In this document: positions 1 to 10,152 of the stretch, piece by piece
Layout: the number at the start of each line of letters is the position of its first letter
Position numbering within the stretch: the first letter of the stretch is position 1
Source: Candidatus Latescibacterota bacterium
GTDB taxonomy: Bacteria > Latescibacterota > UBA2968
DNA: 64,000 bases
Direction: 5' to 3'
NCBI GenBank assembly: GCA_965116885.1
Contig: OZ220741.1
Location: forward strand, 416,001-480,000
The notes under the pieces: model-generated
Database searches by the model: none
What the model was told of the DNA's origin: nothing
The model's input: only the letters and a program-made list of their open reading frames with translations
Program-made: the position numbers and the translations under genes

Positions 1-276
1 CGCAAATGAAACGCCCTTTTCCAAACAAGTCTCAACAACCACATTGCCGCGAACACGCCTTTTATTACCACTGGCAAACCCACCCCCGTGAATAAAAATC
101 AAAACAGGTGCTGGCGCATCCGACTCTGCCCTCCAAAAATCCAGCACATTGCGCTCATAAGGTCCATACGCCACATTCTCCAGCGTGGGCGGCGTCCCTT
201 TTCTCTCAGCCTCCTGAGCACATACACCTGTTGTCCCGATTAAAATGAAGCATAAAAACCATCTCCCAACGCGCAT
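1..276 (-). CDS. Secreted alpha/beta hydrolase (esterase/lipase, HGGG type), 5' part only; runs off the window
   Basis: Manual translation MRVGRWFLCFILIGTTGVCAQ...YGPYERNVLDFW...PVLIFIHGGGF; GGAGG RBS upstream; absent from the ORF track because it is truncated. Confidence 0.8.
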   Translation of the reverse strand, partial: MRVGRWFLCFILIGTTGVCAQEAERKGTPPTLENVAYGPYERNVLDFWRAESDAPAPVLIFIHGGGFASGNKRRVRGNVVVETCLEKGVSFA

Positions 277-302
277 TGCTTCCTCCTCTTTCTATATTCT
301 GA

Positions 303-340
303 CCCCTCCCCCGACCCCTCCCCGACACGGGGAGGGGAGA
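303..340. repeat. CCCCTCCCC/GGGGAGGGG palindromic intergenic element; related element at about 17258-17294
   Basis: cccctcccc-gacac-ggggagggg hairpin preceded by a duplicated half-site. Confidence 0.55.
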
Positions 341-373
341 CATAACCCCACCTTCGCATAATCCGGTCTATTC

Positions 374-1210
374 CTAAACTTCAACCGTCCATGGAACCTG
401 CTCCGGCGTCACCCCGTGCTCCTCTGCCCAATCAGCGAGCGGATACGTATTTGGCCTCGCGCTCAAGTTGGGATTATCGCTTAACTGCACATCCAGAAGT
501 TGCTTTTCAATATCGCTCAAATCTGCGATCACGTCATCATCTAAATTCTCCAGATAAAAACCATTCCGAATCCACTTATAACTGTACCCAAAAATAACCA
601 CCCTGGACGTGCGACCGCTCAAATTTGGCGACTTGGTGTGAAAAATGCGATTCTCAAAAAACAGCGCATCCCCCGCCTTACACACCGGTTGCACCACCTC
701 GGGTGGATCCACTTCACCTCTCGGAATACCCAGCGGCTCATTGAGTACATGACTCCTCCTCGCAAACCGCGTAATCCCCGAATCCGGTCCTGGAAAATCC
801 GTCAAACAATAACACACCTTAATCCCAACACGCGGCTGATACGCATGCCCGATCTCCTGCGTAATCCCGATATCCCGATGCCAGGAACGCATCGGCTCCG
901 TCGTCTCGGCATCTTCTGGATCCTTGTAAATAACCGCCGTATTCTGCAAATGAATATCCGGACTCAAAAGCTGAACCACCAGAGGCACTGTCCCCGAATG
1001 GGCAATCAAAGAGCGAAAAACAGGCGCCTCCACAATCCCGTCTCGAAACTGCTTATACGCCCTTCCCCGATCATCATACGACGCCATCATCGCATCACAC
1101 ACCTCTGTCAACCGCGCAATTTCCTCAGCCCCCAGAACATCCTCCACCACCAGATACCCCTCCGCATCAAAAAACGCCCGCTGCTCATCGCTCAACTTTA
1201 CAAAATCCAT
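374..1210 (-). CDS. Phytanoyl-CoA dioxygenase (PhyH) family Fe(II)/2OG dioxygenase
   Basis: LSDEQRAFFDAEGYLVVEDVL N-terminus, WHRD and distal FH metal ligands; start moved to MDFVKL (1210). Confidence 0.85.
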   Translation of the reverse strand: MDFVKLSDEQRAFFDAEGYLVVEDVLGAEEIARLTEVCDAMMASYDDRGRAYKQFRDGIVEAPVFRSLIAHSGTVPLVVQLLSPDIHLQNTAVIYKDPEDAETTEPMRSWHRDIGITQEIGHAYQPRVGIKVCYCLTDFPGPDSGITRFARRSHVLNEPLGIPRGEVDPPEVVQPVCKAGDALFFENRIFHTKSPNLSGRTSRVVIFGYSYKWIRNGFYLENLDDDVIADLSDIEKQLLDVQLSDNPNLSARPNTYPLADWAEEHGVTPEQVPWTVEV

Positions 1211-1288
1211 TGTCTTTCGCCTTTCATCTGCGTCCATCTGCGTCCATCTGCGAAAAACGCTCAAATTACTCGCGTTTTTTTCTGCGGA

Positions 1289-2029
1289 TCACACTTCCCA
1301 ATACTCCCACATATTATCCGGCGTCTCAAACTGCAACAGATTCCAATTTTTTGTGCTCATGCGACTCACCAGCGCCATCCGTATCTGATCGCTGCAATTC
1401 GACGTACCGCTATGAACCATATACCCGTGCCAGATACACGCAGTACCCGCCTGCCCAATCAACTCAACAGGTTCATTCAGATCAAAAATGCGGGTCATAT
1501 CGCGCTCGACAATACCGCCGGGATGATGCATATTGAGACCCAGCAGGGAATGCGACTTGAAAAATTCTGCCACCGTCTTATGACTACCGGGCCACAGTGT
1601 AAAACCCCCGCCACGCGGAGCCACATCACTCAAATAAACCGTCACCCCAATCGTGAACCCCACGGTAGCACGCTCGCTCTTGTTATATCCATCCAGATGT
1701 GGCAACTTAATCGCCCACTCATCGCTGCCACTCGGATACACCAGAATCGTCGAAGGATCGGCATCATCGCTCAAATCGCCAGCCAATTCCCTGCACATCG
1801 CAAACAAATCCGTTTCGTAAAGCGTTGCGCGAATCGCCGGATGATCCCCACAATCTGGACTCCGCGGCCCGGCATCTACCCAGGTCTGCGGATCATCGCG
1901 ATCTGCTTCAATATAACGCCAAAGTGTATCGACCGCCTCTTGAATTTGACCCTCACGCAACATATTGTGTCGAATGAGATAGCCATTTTCCACAAAAAAA
2001 GCTTTATCCTCAACCGTCAAAAGTGACAT
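1289..2029 (-). CDS. PhyH-family dioxygenase
   Basis: LTVEDKAFFVENGYL, PHLD, WPGSH, HGYMVH; start MSLLTV at 2029 (the longer ORF overlaps the sulfatase). Confidence 0.85.
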   Translation of the reverse strand: MSLLTVEDKAFFVENGYLIRHNMLREGQIQEAVDTLWRYIEADRDDPQTWVDAGPRSPDCGDHPAIRATLYETDLFAMCRELAGDLSDDADPSTILVYPSGSDEWAIKLPHLDGYNKSERATVGFTIGVTVYLSDVAPRGGGFTLWPGSHKTVAEFFKSHSLLGLNMHHPGGIVERDMTRIFDLNEPVELIGQAGTACIWHGYMVHSGTSNCSDQIRMALVSRMSTKNWNLLQFETPDNMWEYWEV

Positions 2030-2053
2030 ACCAACCCCTTCCGGAGACTCACA

Positions 2054-3373
2054 ATGACCAAACAACCCAACATCCTCTTTTCCATGTGCGACGACCAGCG
2101 ACACGACTGCATGGGATGTGCGGGACATCCCTTCATCGACACACCTGCTATGGACCGCCTCGCCCGTGAAGGCATCCGCTTTGCCAATGGCTTCACCGCC
2201 ATACCCCTTTGCGCGCCCAGCCGAGCCAGCCATCTTTCCGGTGTTTATCCTCACACCCATCAGGCAGCGCACAACCGCGCGCCGATACGCTCCGACCTCG
2301 CAACCTGGCCCGAACAATTACAAAAATCGGGCTATCGCACGGGCTTCTTTGGAAAAATACACTACGGAACCGAAGGCATTGACCTGCCCGGTGGCGACCC
2401 CAAACCCGGCTTTGAACGCTGGGTCAGCTTTCGCGGCCAGGGCGACTACGAAGACCCCATCTTTATCATCGACGGTGAAGAAGTCAAACACCAGGGATAC
2501 AACACCGACCTCCTCGCCGATTACGTCGAACAATTTCTCGACCAAGACGACGACCGCCCCTGGGCAATCTGCCTGTGGTACAAAGCCCCTCATGGCCCCT
2601 TCACCCCACCGCCGCGTCATGCCCATGCCTATTCCGACGACGAACTGCCCAAACCCAATGCCCTGGGCGCGTCTCGCGACGGCAAAGCCAGAACTCTCCG
2701 CGAACGCCCTCACAGCTTCGAAGACAACGAACGCTACGACACCTTTATGCGCAACTACGTACGCACCGTACGCGGCGTCGATGATGCCCTGGGCCGGGTA
2801 CTCGACAAAATCGACGCCATTGGACAAACCAACAACACACTCGTCGTACACACCAGCGACCACGGCTACTTCCACGGCGAATTTGGCCTCGGCGACAAAC
2901 GCTGGATGTATGACCCATCCATCCGCGTCCCCTATCTCATGCGCTATCCCGACCTCATCGCCAACCCCGGGCGCGTAGAACACACCGACGCAATCAGCCT
3001 CGACATCCCGGCAACCATCATGGACGTATCCGGTCTCGGCGTACCCGATCACTACCACGGCCACTCCCTGCGACCACTTCTAACCAACACAGGCGAAATA
3101 CCTCGAGAAGACCTCTTCTTCGAATACTTCGAAGACCCGCCCTATCCCTATTTCCCAACAATGGTCTGCCTGAGAACCCAAACCGAAAAACTCATCCACT
3201 ACATCCGCGAAGGCGAAGGCGACGAATATTACGACCTCGTCAACGACCCCCACGAATACACCAACGCCATCGCCGACCCCGCTTATGCCCATCGCGTGGC
3301 CGACATGCAAAAACGGCTTTCAGACGCCCGGGAACGCTTTGCATTCACCGTTCCAGACCTGTCGGGCTACTAA
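2054..3373 (+). CDS. Sulfatase (formylglycine type, Cys)
   Basis: PNILFSMCDDQR, CAPSRAS (CxPxR), GYRTGFFGKIH, SDHG. Confidence 0.92.
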   Translation: MTKQPNILFSMCDDQRHDCMGCAGHPFIDTPAMDRLAREGIRFANGFTAIPLCAPSRASHLSGVYPHTHQAAHNRAPIRSDLATWPEQLQKSGYRTGFFGKIHYGTEGIDLPGGDPKPGFERWVSFRGQGDYEDPIFIIDGEEVKHQGYNTDLLADYVEQFLDQDDDRPWAICLWYKAPHGPFTPPPRHAHAYSDDELPKPNALGASRDGKARTLRERPHSFEDNERYDTFMRNYVRTVRGVDDALGRVLDKIDAIGQTNNTLVVHTSDHGYFHGEFGLGDKRWMYDPSIRVPYLMRYPDLIANPGRVEHTDAISLDIPATIMDVSGLGVPDHYHGHSLRPLLTNTGEIPREDLFFEYFEDPPYPYFPTMVCLRTQTEKLIHYIREGEGDEYYDLVNDPHEYTNAIADPAYAHRVADMQKRLSDARERFAFTVPDLSGY

Positions 3374-3385
3374 GCGAATTAAGTT

Positions 3386-3417
3386 AAAAGCAACCACAGA
3401 TGAACACAGATGAACAC
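3386..3417 (+). repeat. Decamer tandem repeat element (ACAGATGAAC)n; identical 32-nt copy at 6829-6860
   Basis: aaaagcaaccacagatgaacacagatgaacac occurs twice; variant (GCAGATGGAC)n on the minus strand at about 1224-1252. Confidence 0.8.
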
Positions 3418-3443
3418 AGAGTAAAAAACTAAAAGGAATACCC

Positions 3444-4943
3444 ATGATCGAACACCCCAACCTCCTGCTCATCACAACAGACACCCAGCGCTGGGACACC
3501 CTCAACTGCATGGGCAGTCCCTTTGCACATTCACCTCATGCAGATCGCCTCGCGGCCGAAGGCGTCATGTTCACACAGGGACACACGCCCTCACCGGTAT
3601 GCAACCCCTCGCGCAGCAGCCTCATCACCGGCCTGCACACCCCCATACACGGCGTATGGGAAAACGGCATGACCCGCCTCACCCACTTCCCAACCCTACC
3701 CGACCTCCTCAAAGAACAGGGCTACACCAACATCATGGTCGGCAAACAACACTTTGGACAAACCCCCGACACTTTTGACATCATCATCGGCCAGGACGAT
3801 TACAGAAAATACATCCCAAAACATGGATTCACACCCCGGGACTGCCACAAACAACCCACACCCGTACCCGAAGAACACTTCCTCGACACCTTTTTCGCCA
3901 AACAAACCATCGAACAAATTGACCAGGTCGTCAAGCGCGATTCGGGTCCCTTTTTCGCCTTCTGCTCATTCCCCGCGCCACACCCACCCGAATGTCCACC
4001 GGGAGACTGGCTCACCTTTTACGACAACTGCGACAACCTGCCCGACCTCAATTACACCCACCGCGAAGAACAAAACCAGCCCGCACACACCAAACGCCTC
4101 CTCGGCATCAAACCCGAAAACGAATGCCATCCAGGCGAAGACCCAAACACCATCACATACTGGCGAGAAGCCATTGGCCGCATCTACGACCCGCAATACC
4201 GCGACACCATCATGGAACTCCGCAAAATCTATTATGCCTATGCCGCGTACTGCGACGCTCTCCTCGGCCGCATCCTGAACTACCTCGACCAGAATAACCT
4301 TAGGGAAAACACCCTGATCGTCTTCACATCCGATCACGGACAACAATTCTTCGACCACGGCTTTAATGACAAACACAACTTCTACGATGAATCCTGGCGC
4401 GTCCCCTTTATCATGAGCATGCCAGGCACCCTTCCGCAAGGAGAAACGCGCGACTTCGCCATCTGGAACGACATCACCACCACCCTCCTCGCGGCTGCCG
4501 GCACCGAATGCCCCTCCATGCAGGGCTTCGACCTCTTCACCCCACTCGCCAGAGGCGAACAATCCCCCCGCCGCTGCGCCGTTGCCACCCTCTACAAATC
4601 CTGCGCCGTCGCCACAAAACGCTGGAAACTCGATTACTTTTTTGAAGAAGACGAAGGCCGTCTCTTTGACCGCATCAACGACCCCCAGGAACAAAACGAC
4701 CTCTACCACCATCCAGACCATCTCGAAATCCGCAACGAACTGCGCCACGCCCTCTTATCCTGGCGCGGCGACATCGCCGACCTCAAAACCGCACTGGAAG
4801 GCACAACCAAAAACAGGGGACCAAACGCCCGGGGATACACCACCGTAGCCCCTCGCATTGCCCCACACACCCATCAAATGCGCGGCACCGACGCCGAACA
4901 GCGCCTGAATGAAAAATGTGAACGGATAGACGAGATGGGGTAA
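3444..4943 (+). CDS. Sulfatase (choline-sulfatase-like family)
   Basis: PNLLLITTDTQR, CNPSRSS, GKQH, SDHG. Confidence 0.9.
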   Translation: MIEHPNLLLITTDTQRWDTLNCMGSPFAHSPHADRLAAEGVMFTQGHTPSPVCNPSRSSLITGLHTPIHGVWENGMTRLTHFPTLPDLLKEQGYTNIMVGKQHFGQTPDTFDIIIGQDDYRKYIPKHGFTPRDCHKQPTPVPEEHFLDTFFAKQTIEQIDQVVKRDSGPFFAFCSFPAPHPPECPPGDWLTFYDNCDNLPDLNYTHREEQNQPAHTKRLLGIKPENECHPGEDPNTITYWREAIGRIYDPQYRDTIMELRKIYYAYAAYCDALLGRILNYLDQNNLRENTLIVFTSDHGQQFFDHGFNDKHNFYDESWRVPFIMSMPGTLPQGETRDFAIWNDITTTLLAAAGTECPSMQGFDLFTPLARGEQSPRRCAVATLYKSCAVATKRWKLDYFFEEDEGRLFDRINDPQEQNDLYHHPDHLEIRNELRHALLSWRGDIADLKTALEGTTKNRGPNARGYTTVAPRIAPHTHQMRGTDAEQRLNEKCERIDEMG

Positions 4944-4952
4944 ACCAAACGC

Positions 4953-4988
4953 AAAAGACTCGAGTACCCTTCGGCACCCGAGTCTTTT
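4953..4988. terminator. Bidirectional intrinsic terminator between convergent genes
   Basis: aaaagactcgagt...acccgagtctttt hairpin with A/T tails. Confidence 0.65.
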
Positions 4989-5010
4989 CACTTGAAACCA
5001 GCGCATCTAT

Positions 5011-6813
5011 CTACCGGTATTGGAACTCCGGCGACCCGATCAACATACTCACCACCTGTATATCTTTGCGCTGAGCATCTGCGGGAACCATCTCTTTGAC
5101 CTCTGATGCAATAGCACTGGTATCCTGTGCTGGCAACAGCAACTTGCTATACATCGCCAATGCCTCTTCAGTCGTTGGCGTATGCTCGCTCTGCCTGGGC
5201 AACTGCTTCAGTACAACCCCCCCAATCCTGCCCATCGCCAGACGCACGCCAAAATTCAATCGCGCAATCAGCGTACCCGAATTTGCCCACGACTCGGCAT
5301 AATCCGGAAAACCCGTAGGCGGCTCATAACCATACAGCGGCTCGCCCATGCGGTAAAACCAGCCCATCAGCGGCTGTGGATTCCGTACATCGGCTTCCAA
5401 TGCACGAAGAGAACTCACCACCAGTTCTAACGGCGACTTCATCTTGCTCCGATTCTTAGCCTCTGCCCAAAACTCACGCGACTGCGCCAGCGTAGCCATC
5501 ACAGCAGCGATATCCCCATCCGTCTTGCTAAATGTCTTCGCCATCCGCACAACCAGCGCCTCGGGAGGACTGTCGTTCACAAACCGACGCGCCAACTTCG
5601 TAGAAATAAAACGCGCAGTTGAAGGGTGTTTGGTCAGCATATCCAGAACGCGCTCGCCCTCTTCTATACCACCCCCTGCCGGGAACTGCTCACCCAACAC
5701 CACCTTGGCCTTTTTATCGTGCCAGGCATTGCGGAACAGAAATTCACCCTGGCGAACGAGATTCTTATTGCCATTGGCGATTGCCTTATCGGTATTCTTG
5801 CGCCCATTGCCATAAGGCATCGCAGTCCACCCCGTCAACACACGCGCAACCTCGGTAACATCCCGCTGCGTGTATCCACCATCCACACCCAGCGTGTGCA
5901 ACTCCATCAACTCGCGGGCATAATTCTCATTCAAACCATACTTGCGTCTTGGAGGCGTCTTCGGCTTCGCAACAGCCTTCGGCGGAGCCTTCGCCATCTC
6001 GCCACCCATCATCTCACCACCCATCATACCGCCATCCATACCGCCATCCATACCCATCTCGCCCATTGCCACTTCCTTCTTTGGCTCAGGCTTTGCCTGA
6101 TTCTGCTGTGGCGTAGCCATACGCGACTGTGCATTATCCAGATAATGCAACATCGCCGGATGCTTTGCCGTCGCGCCCAAAATCACGCGGAACTTACCCA
6201 GCACATTGGGACGAATGGCATCGCGCTCATAGGTAAGCACGCGACTGCGCGCCCCACCATCGCGCGTGGTCACATTGAAGTGATTAAACCAGAAATCCGT
6301 CAACACCTCGGCGAGTTGGTTCTCGCTATACACAGCCCGCATCACCTTCTGACTCCGAAGCTCCTGATTAAAAAGCGCGTAATAAGGACGCAACCCGTGC
6401 TCCTCGCGATACGCTTTCATCTTTTCCCGCATCTCTTTGAGAGGCGTCGTCGCCGGATCCATCACCCCTTCTCTTTTCATCTGATTGCGAAGTTGACCAT
6501 CTGGCATATAGATTTCGGCTATTTGTAACTGCGTCATTTTCAACGCCGGAAACGCTTCCAATCGCTTGTCCAGCTCAGCATCTGGCAAATTGCCCTTCAA
6601 CTGCTGAGCCAGCCACTTCTCGGGACCCATCTGCGCCACTCTTTCCACTTCACCTGGCCGCGCACCAAAGGCAAAACGCTCTAAGAGATACGCCGTAGCC
6701 TGCTCCTTGCTCAGCCCTTCTTTTTTATAGGGCAATTTCAACCCGGCATCCGCCGTAGCCCCAGAAAGCAACGCACCACAGCACAAAACAATAAGTGAAA
6801 AACGAAATATCAT
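5011..6813 (-). CDS. DUF1800 family exported protein, paralog 3
   Basis: DFWFNHFNV, HPAMLHYLDN, NENYARELMELHTLGVDGGYTQ, SPEFQYR; signal peptide; start MIFRF with AGGAGG RBS. Confidence 0.9.
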   Translation of the reverse strand: MIFRFSLIVLCCGALLSGATADAGLKLPYKKEGLSKEQATAYLLERFAFGARPGEVERVAQMGPEKWLAQQLKGNLPDAELDKRLEAFPALKMTQLQIAEIYMPDGQLRNQMKREGVMDPATTPLKEMREKMKAYREEHGLRPYYALFNQELRSQKVMRAVYSENQLAEVLTDFWFNHFNVTTRDGGARSRVLTYERDAIRPNVLGKFRVILGATAKHPAMLHYLDNAQSRMATPQQNQAKPEPKKEVAMGEMGMDGGMDGGMMGGEMMGGEMAKAPPKAVAKPKTPPRRKYGLNENYARELMELHTLGVDGGYTQRDVTEVARVLTGWTAMPYGNGRKNTDKAIANGNKNLVRQGEFLFRNAWHDKKAKVVLGEQFPAGGGIEEGERVLDMLTKHPSTARFISTKLARRFVNDSPPEALVVRMAKTFSKTDGDIAAVMATLAQSREFWAEAKNRSKMKSPLELVVSSLRALEADVRNPQPLMGWFYRMGEPLYGYEPPTGFPDYAESWANSGTLIARLNFGVRLAMGRIGGVVLKQLPRQSEHTPTTEEALAMYSKLLLPAQDTSAIASEVKEMVPADAQRKDIQVVSMLIGSPEFQYR

Positions 6814-6995
6814 TGCAAACCTCCTTGAAAAAGCAACCACAGATGAACACAGATGAACACGGATAAAAGGCAACTGCATGCAGCTATCATAAAAGTTAAA
6901 AACCCCCATTCTGGCTGGACGCCTGCTTAAAGCATATAGGCGTGACAAGATTACTGACGTTGTACCTTGCTTCACATAGGTACCCATCCACCAGT

Positions 6996-8735
6996 TTATC
7001 GGTATTGAAACTCCGGCGACCCCAGCAGCATGCTGACCACCTGAACCTCTTTGCGTTTGGCATCATCTGGAATCGTCTCTTTCACCTCTGACGCAATAGC
7101 ACTCGTATCCTGAGCTGGCAACAGCAACTTGCCATAAACCGCCAGTGCCTCATCCGTTGTCAGACCGCTATCCCGGGACAAGCGCTTCAATTCAATCCCT
7201 CTAATTTTGCCCGCAGCCAGATGAACGCCAAAATTCATTCGCGCAATCAGCGTACCCGCATTCGCCCACGACTCGGCATAATCCGGATAACCCGTAGGCG
7301 GCACATAACCATACAGCGGCTCACCCATGCGGTTAAACCAGCCCATCATAGGCTGTGGATTCTTCACATCGGCTTCCAATGCGCGAAGAGAACTCACCAC
7401 CAGTTCTAACGGCGACTTCATCTTGCTGCGCTTCTTCGCCTCTGCCCAAAATTCCCTGGACTGTGCCAACGTAGCCACCACAGCAGCGATATCTCCATCG
7501 GTTTTGGTAAATATCTTCGCCATCCGCTCGACCAGCGCCTCGGGAGGACTATCGTTTATAAACCGACGCGCCAACTTTGTAGAAATAAAACGCGCGGTCG
7601 AAGGGTGTTCGGACAGCATATCCAGAACGCGCTCGCCCTCTTCCATGCCACCACCTGCCGGGAACTTCTCACCCAACACCACCTTGGCTTTTCTGTCGTG
7701 CCAGTCTCTGCGGAACACAAATTCGCCCTCGCGAACGAGTTTATTACTTCCTTTTGCGATTTGCTTCTCGAGATTTTTCCGCGCATTTTTATACGGCATC
7801 GCAGCCCAACCCGTCAACACGCGCGCGACCTCGGTAACATCCTCCTGCGTATATCCACCATCCACGCCCAGCGTGTGCAACTCCATCAACTCCCGGGCGT
7901 AATTCTCATTCAAACCATACTTGCGTCTGTTTTTTGGAGGGGGCTGCGCCATAGCCTCACCGCCCATCATACCACCATCCATACCCATCTCGTCCGATGC
8001 CACCTTCTGCCCGGGTTGATTCCGCTCTGAGGGCGGTGCCATACGCGACTGTGTATTGTCCAGATAATACAACATCGCCGGATGCTTCGCCGTCGCACCC
8101 AAAATCACGCGGAACTTGCCCAACACATTGGGACGAATGGCATCGCGCTCATAAGAGAGCACATAACCGCGCGCCCCACCATCGCGCGTGGTCACATTGA
8201 AATGATTAAACCAGAAATCCGTCATCACCTCAGTGAGCTGATTCTCGCTATACACAGCCCGCATCACTTTCTGGCTCTGAATTTCATGATTAAAAAGCGC
8301 GTTGTAAGAACGCAACCCGTGCTCCTTGCGATACGCCCTTATCTTCTGAAACATCTCTTTGCGATCCATCTTTGCGGCATCAACCACGCCCTGTCTCTCC
8401 AGTATTCGGCGAATCCGCCCACTCTGCACATAAGTTTCAGACATTTCAAACTGCGTCATTTTCAACGCGGGAAACGCTTCCAAGCGTTTGTCCAACTCGG
8501 CATCTGGCAAATTGCCAGCCAACTGTTGAGCCAGCCACTTCTCGGGCCCCATCTGCGCCACCTTTTCCACCTCACCTGGGCGCGCACCAAAAGCAAAACG
8601 CTCTAAGAGATACGCTGCAGCCTGCTCCTTACTCAACCCCTCTGCCTTGTAGGGCAGTTGCAACTCAGCATCCGCCGTAGCCCCAGAACGCAAAGCACCA
8701 CAGCACAAAACAACGAGTGAAAAACGCAATATCAT
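6996..8735 (-). CDS. DUF1800 family exported protein, paralog 2
   Basis: Same motifs; start MILRF with GGAGG RBS. Confidence 0.9.
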   Translation of the reverse strand: MILRFSLVVLCCGALRSGATADAELQLPYKAEGLSKEQAAAYLLERFAFGARPGEVEKVAQMGPEKWLAQQLAGNLPDAELDKRLEAFPALKMTQFEMSETYVQSGRIRRILERQGVVDAAKMDRKEMFQKIRAYRKEHGLRSYNALFNHEIQSQKVMRAVYSENQLTEVMTDFWFNHFNVTTRDGGARGYVLSYERDAIRPNVLGKFRVILGATAKHPAMLYYLDNTQSRMAPPSERNQPGQKVASDEMGMDGGMMGGEAMAQPPPKNRRKYGLNENYARELMELHTLGVDGGYTQEDVTEVARVLTGWAAMPYKNARKNLEKQIAKGSNKLVREGEFVFRRDWHDRKAKVVLGEKFPAGGGMEEGERVLDMLSEHPSTARFISTKLARRFINDSPPEALVERMAKIFTKTDGDIAAVVATLAQSREFWAEAKKRSKMKSPLELVVSSLRALEADVKNPQPMMGWFNRMGEPLYGYVPPTGYPDYAESWANAGTLIARMNFGVHLAAGKIRGIELKRLSRDSGLTTDEALAVYGKLLLPAQDTSAIASEVKETIPDDAKRKEVQVVSMLLGSPEFQYR

Positions 8736-8749
8736 TGGCAAACCTCCAC

Positions 8750-8789
8750 AAAAAAACTCGAGTGCCATACTTCGACACTCGAGTTTTTT
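8750..8789. terminator. Intrinsic terminator-like hairpin between DUF1501 and DUF1800 paralog 2
   Basis: aaaaaactcgagtg...cactcgagtttttt. Confidence 0.65.
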
Positions 8790-8863
8790 CTTGCAGCGGT
8801 GTAAACTGCACACGCGCAACACAACGTGTCAGTACAGCATCAAATGAGTGGTTAAAAATGACT

Positions 8864-10132
8864 TTACGTCATCACCTTAAACCGCTCACCTTCCCAACCC
8901 GGGAACATCGCGATATCGTGGGAACGATCGATATTCAGATGCTTACCAGCCACATCGGCAAACACAGAACGGAAATCCGTCGTCACGGGCAAATCGCGCC
9001 GATCTTCGAGCGCATCTTTCACCAGCTTCTCTGGCACATTCCCGTGGATCTTTCCACCATTCACGTTATTCCCCAGCACAAACAGACACGATCCGCGGCC
9101 GTGATCCGTACCCAGAGAACCGTTCTGATGCACCGTGCGACCAAATTCCGTCATCGTCATCAGCACAACATCGTCCTGATACGTACCCAGATCCGTCCAG
9201 AATGCCGCGATAGACTTAGACATCTCATCTGCTCTGCGCTGGAAAGAACCCGTCGTTGTGCCCTGCTGCACATGCGTATCCCAACCGCCAGTCTCGGTAA
9301 ACGCCACTTCAAGCCCCACATCCGACTTGATCAGCAACGCGATCTGTTGCAGCCTGCGACCCAATGCCGTATTGGGATAGTTCGCGCCTTCAACGGGTTT
9401 GTAATCTCGTACACCGATCTTTTCCAACAACTCAATCGCATCAAAACTCTCCCGGCTCACCCTCTGAACCAGGCGTTTGGCACTCCGCGCATACATCGCC
9501 TCAAACCCTTCCTCCACCTGTTCGGCCCCCTGCGGATTATTCGGCATCTGAATGCCAAAGGAACGCAAATCATCCACTGCAATCGAAGGCTCCTTCCCGT
9601 AAAATGCACGCGGCAAGGCTCTCGTCAATGCCACAGACCGGAAGGGCGTACCCTCGTGACCGAGCAAACCCACAGCCCGATTGAGCCAACCCGTCCGCGT
9701 ACCCTTCACACCGGGCGTCCCATTCTCCATATAATCCTGGGCGTCAAAGTGCGAACGCGTCTTATTCGGCGAACCTACGCCGTGTACAATAGCCAGACGG
9801 CCATCCTTGTACAGCGGTGCCAGATCCGCAAAAGAGGGATGCAATGCAAAGCGACCATCCAGATCTGTCAGTTCGTTTTTCGGATCAGTCAGATGCATAA
9901 ACAAATTGGGGCGTGCCTCGGCAAGGGCGGCATCGTTAAATGGCGTCACCGCCATCAAACCATCCATAGCCCCGCGCTGGAAAATCGTCACCAGCACTTT
10001 GCGACGGCTATGTGCCAGCGGATTATTCGCAGCATCAGCCGCGCGGCTCAAGAACAGCGGCGTCCCCCCAAACGAGGCAGAAAACAATGCCAAACCACTG
10101 CCCTTCATAAATGCTCTTCGAGTCCATTCCAT
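8864..10132 (-). CDS. DUF1501 family protein with Tat signal
   Basis: TRRAFMK, FQRGAMDGL, RSHFDAQ, GGWDTH, EFGRT, GTDHG; usual DUF1800 partner. Confidence 0.92.
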   Translation of the reverse strand: MEWTRRAFMKGSGLALFSASFGGTPLFLSRAADAANNPLAHSRRKVLVTIFQRGAMDGLMAVTPFNDAALAEARPNLFMHLTDPKNELTDLDGRFALHPSFADLAPLYKDGRLAIVHGVGSPNKTRSHFDAQDYMENGTPGVKGTRTGWLNRAVGLLGHEGTPFRSVALTRALPRAFYGKEPSIAVDDLRSFGIQMPNNPQGAEQVEEGFEAMYARSAKRLVQRVSRESFDAIELLEKIGVRDYKPVEGANYPNTALGRRLQQIALLIKSDVGLEVAFTETGGWDTHVQQGTTTGSFQRRADEMSKSIAAFWTDLGTYQDDVVLMTMTEFGRTVHQNGSLGTDHGRGSCLFVLGNNVNGGKIHGNVPEKLVKDALEDRRDLPVTTDFRSVFADVAGKHLNIDRSHDIAMFPGWEGERFKVMT

Positions 10133-10152
10133 AACGCTATCTCCTTTCCGAT

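Noticed and set aside
2030..2317. Long N-terminal extensions in track ORFs (also 6987, 8822, 12039, 24603, 25755, 28889, 57615)
   Set aside because: Downstream starts have RBSs and family-typical N-termini; the extensions run through neighbouring genes, terminators or repeats
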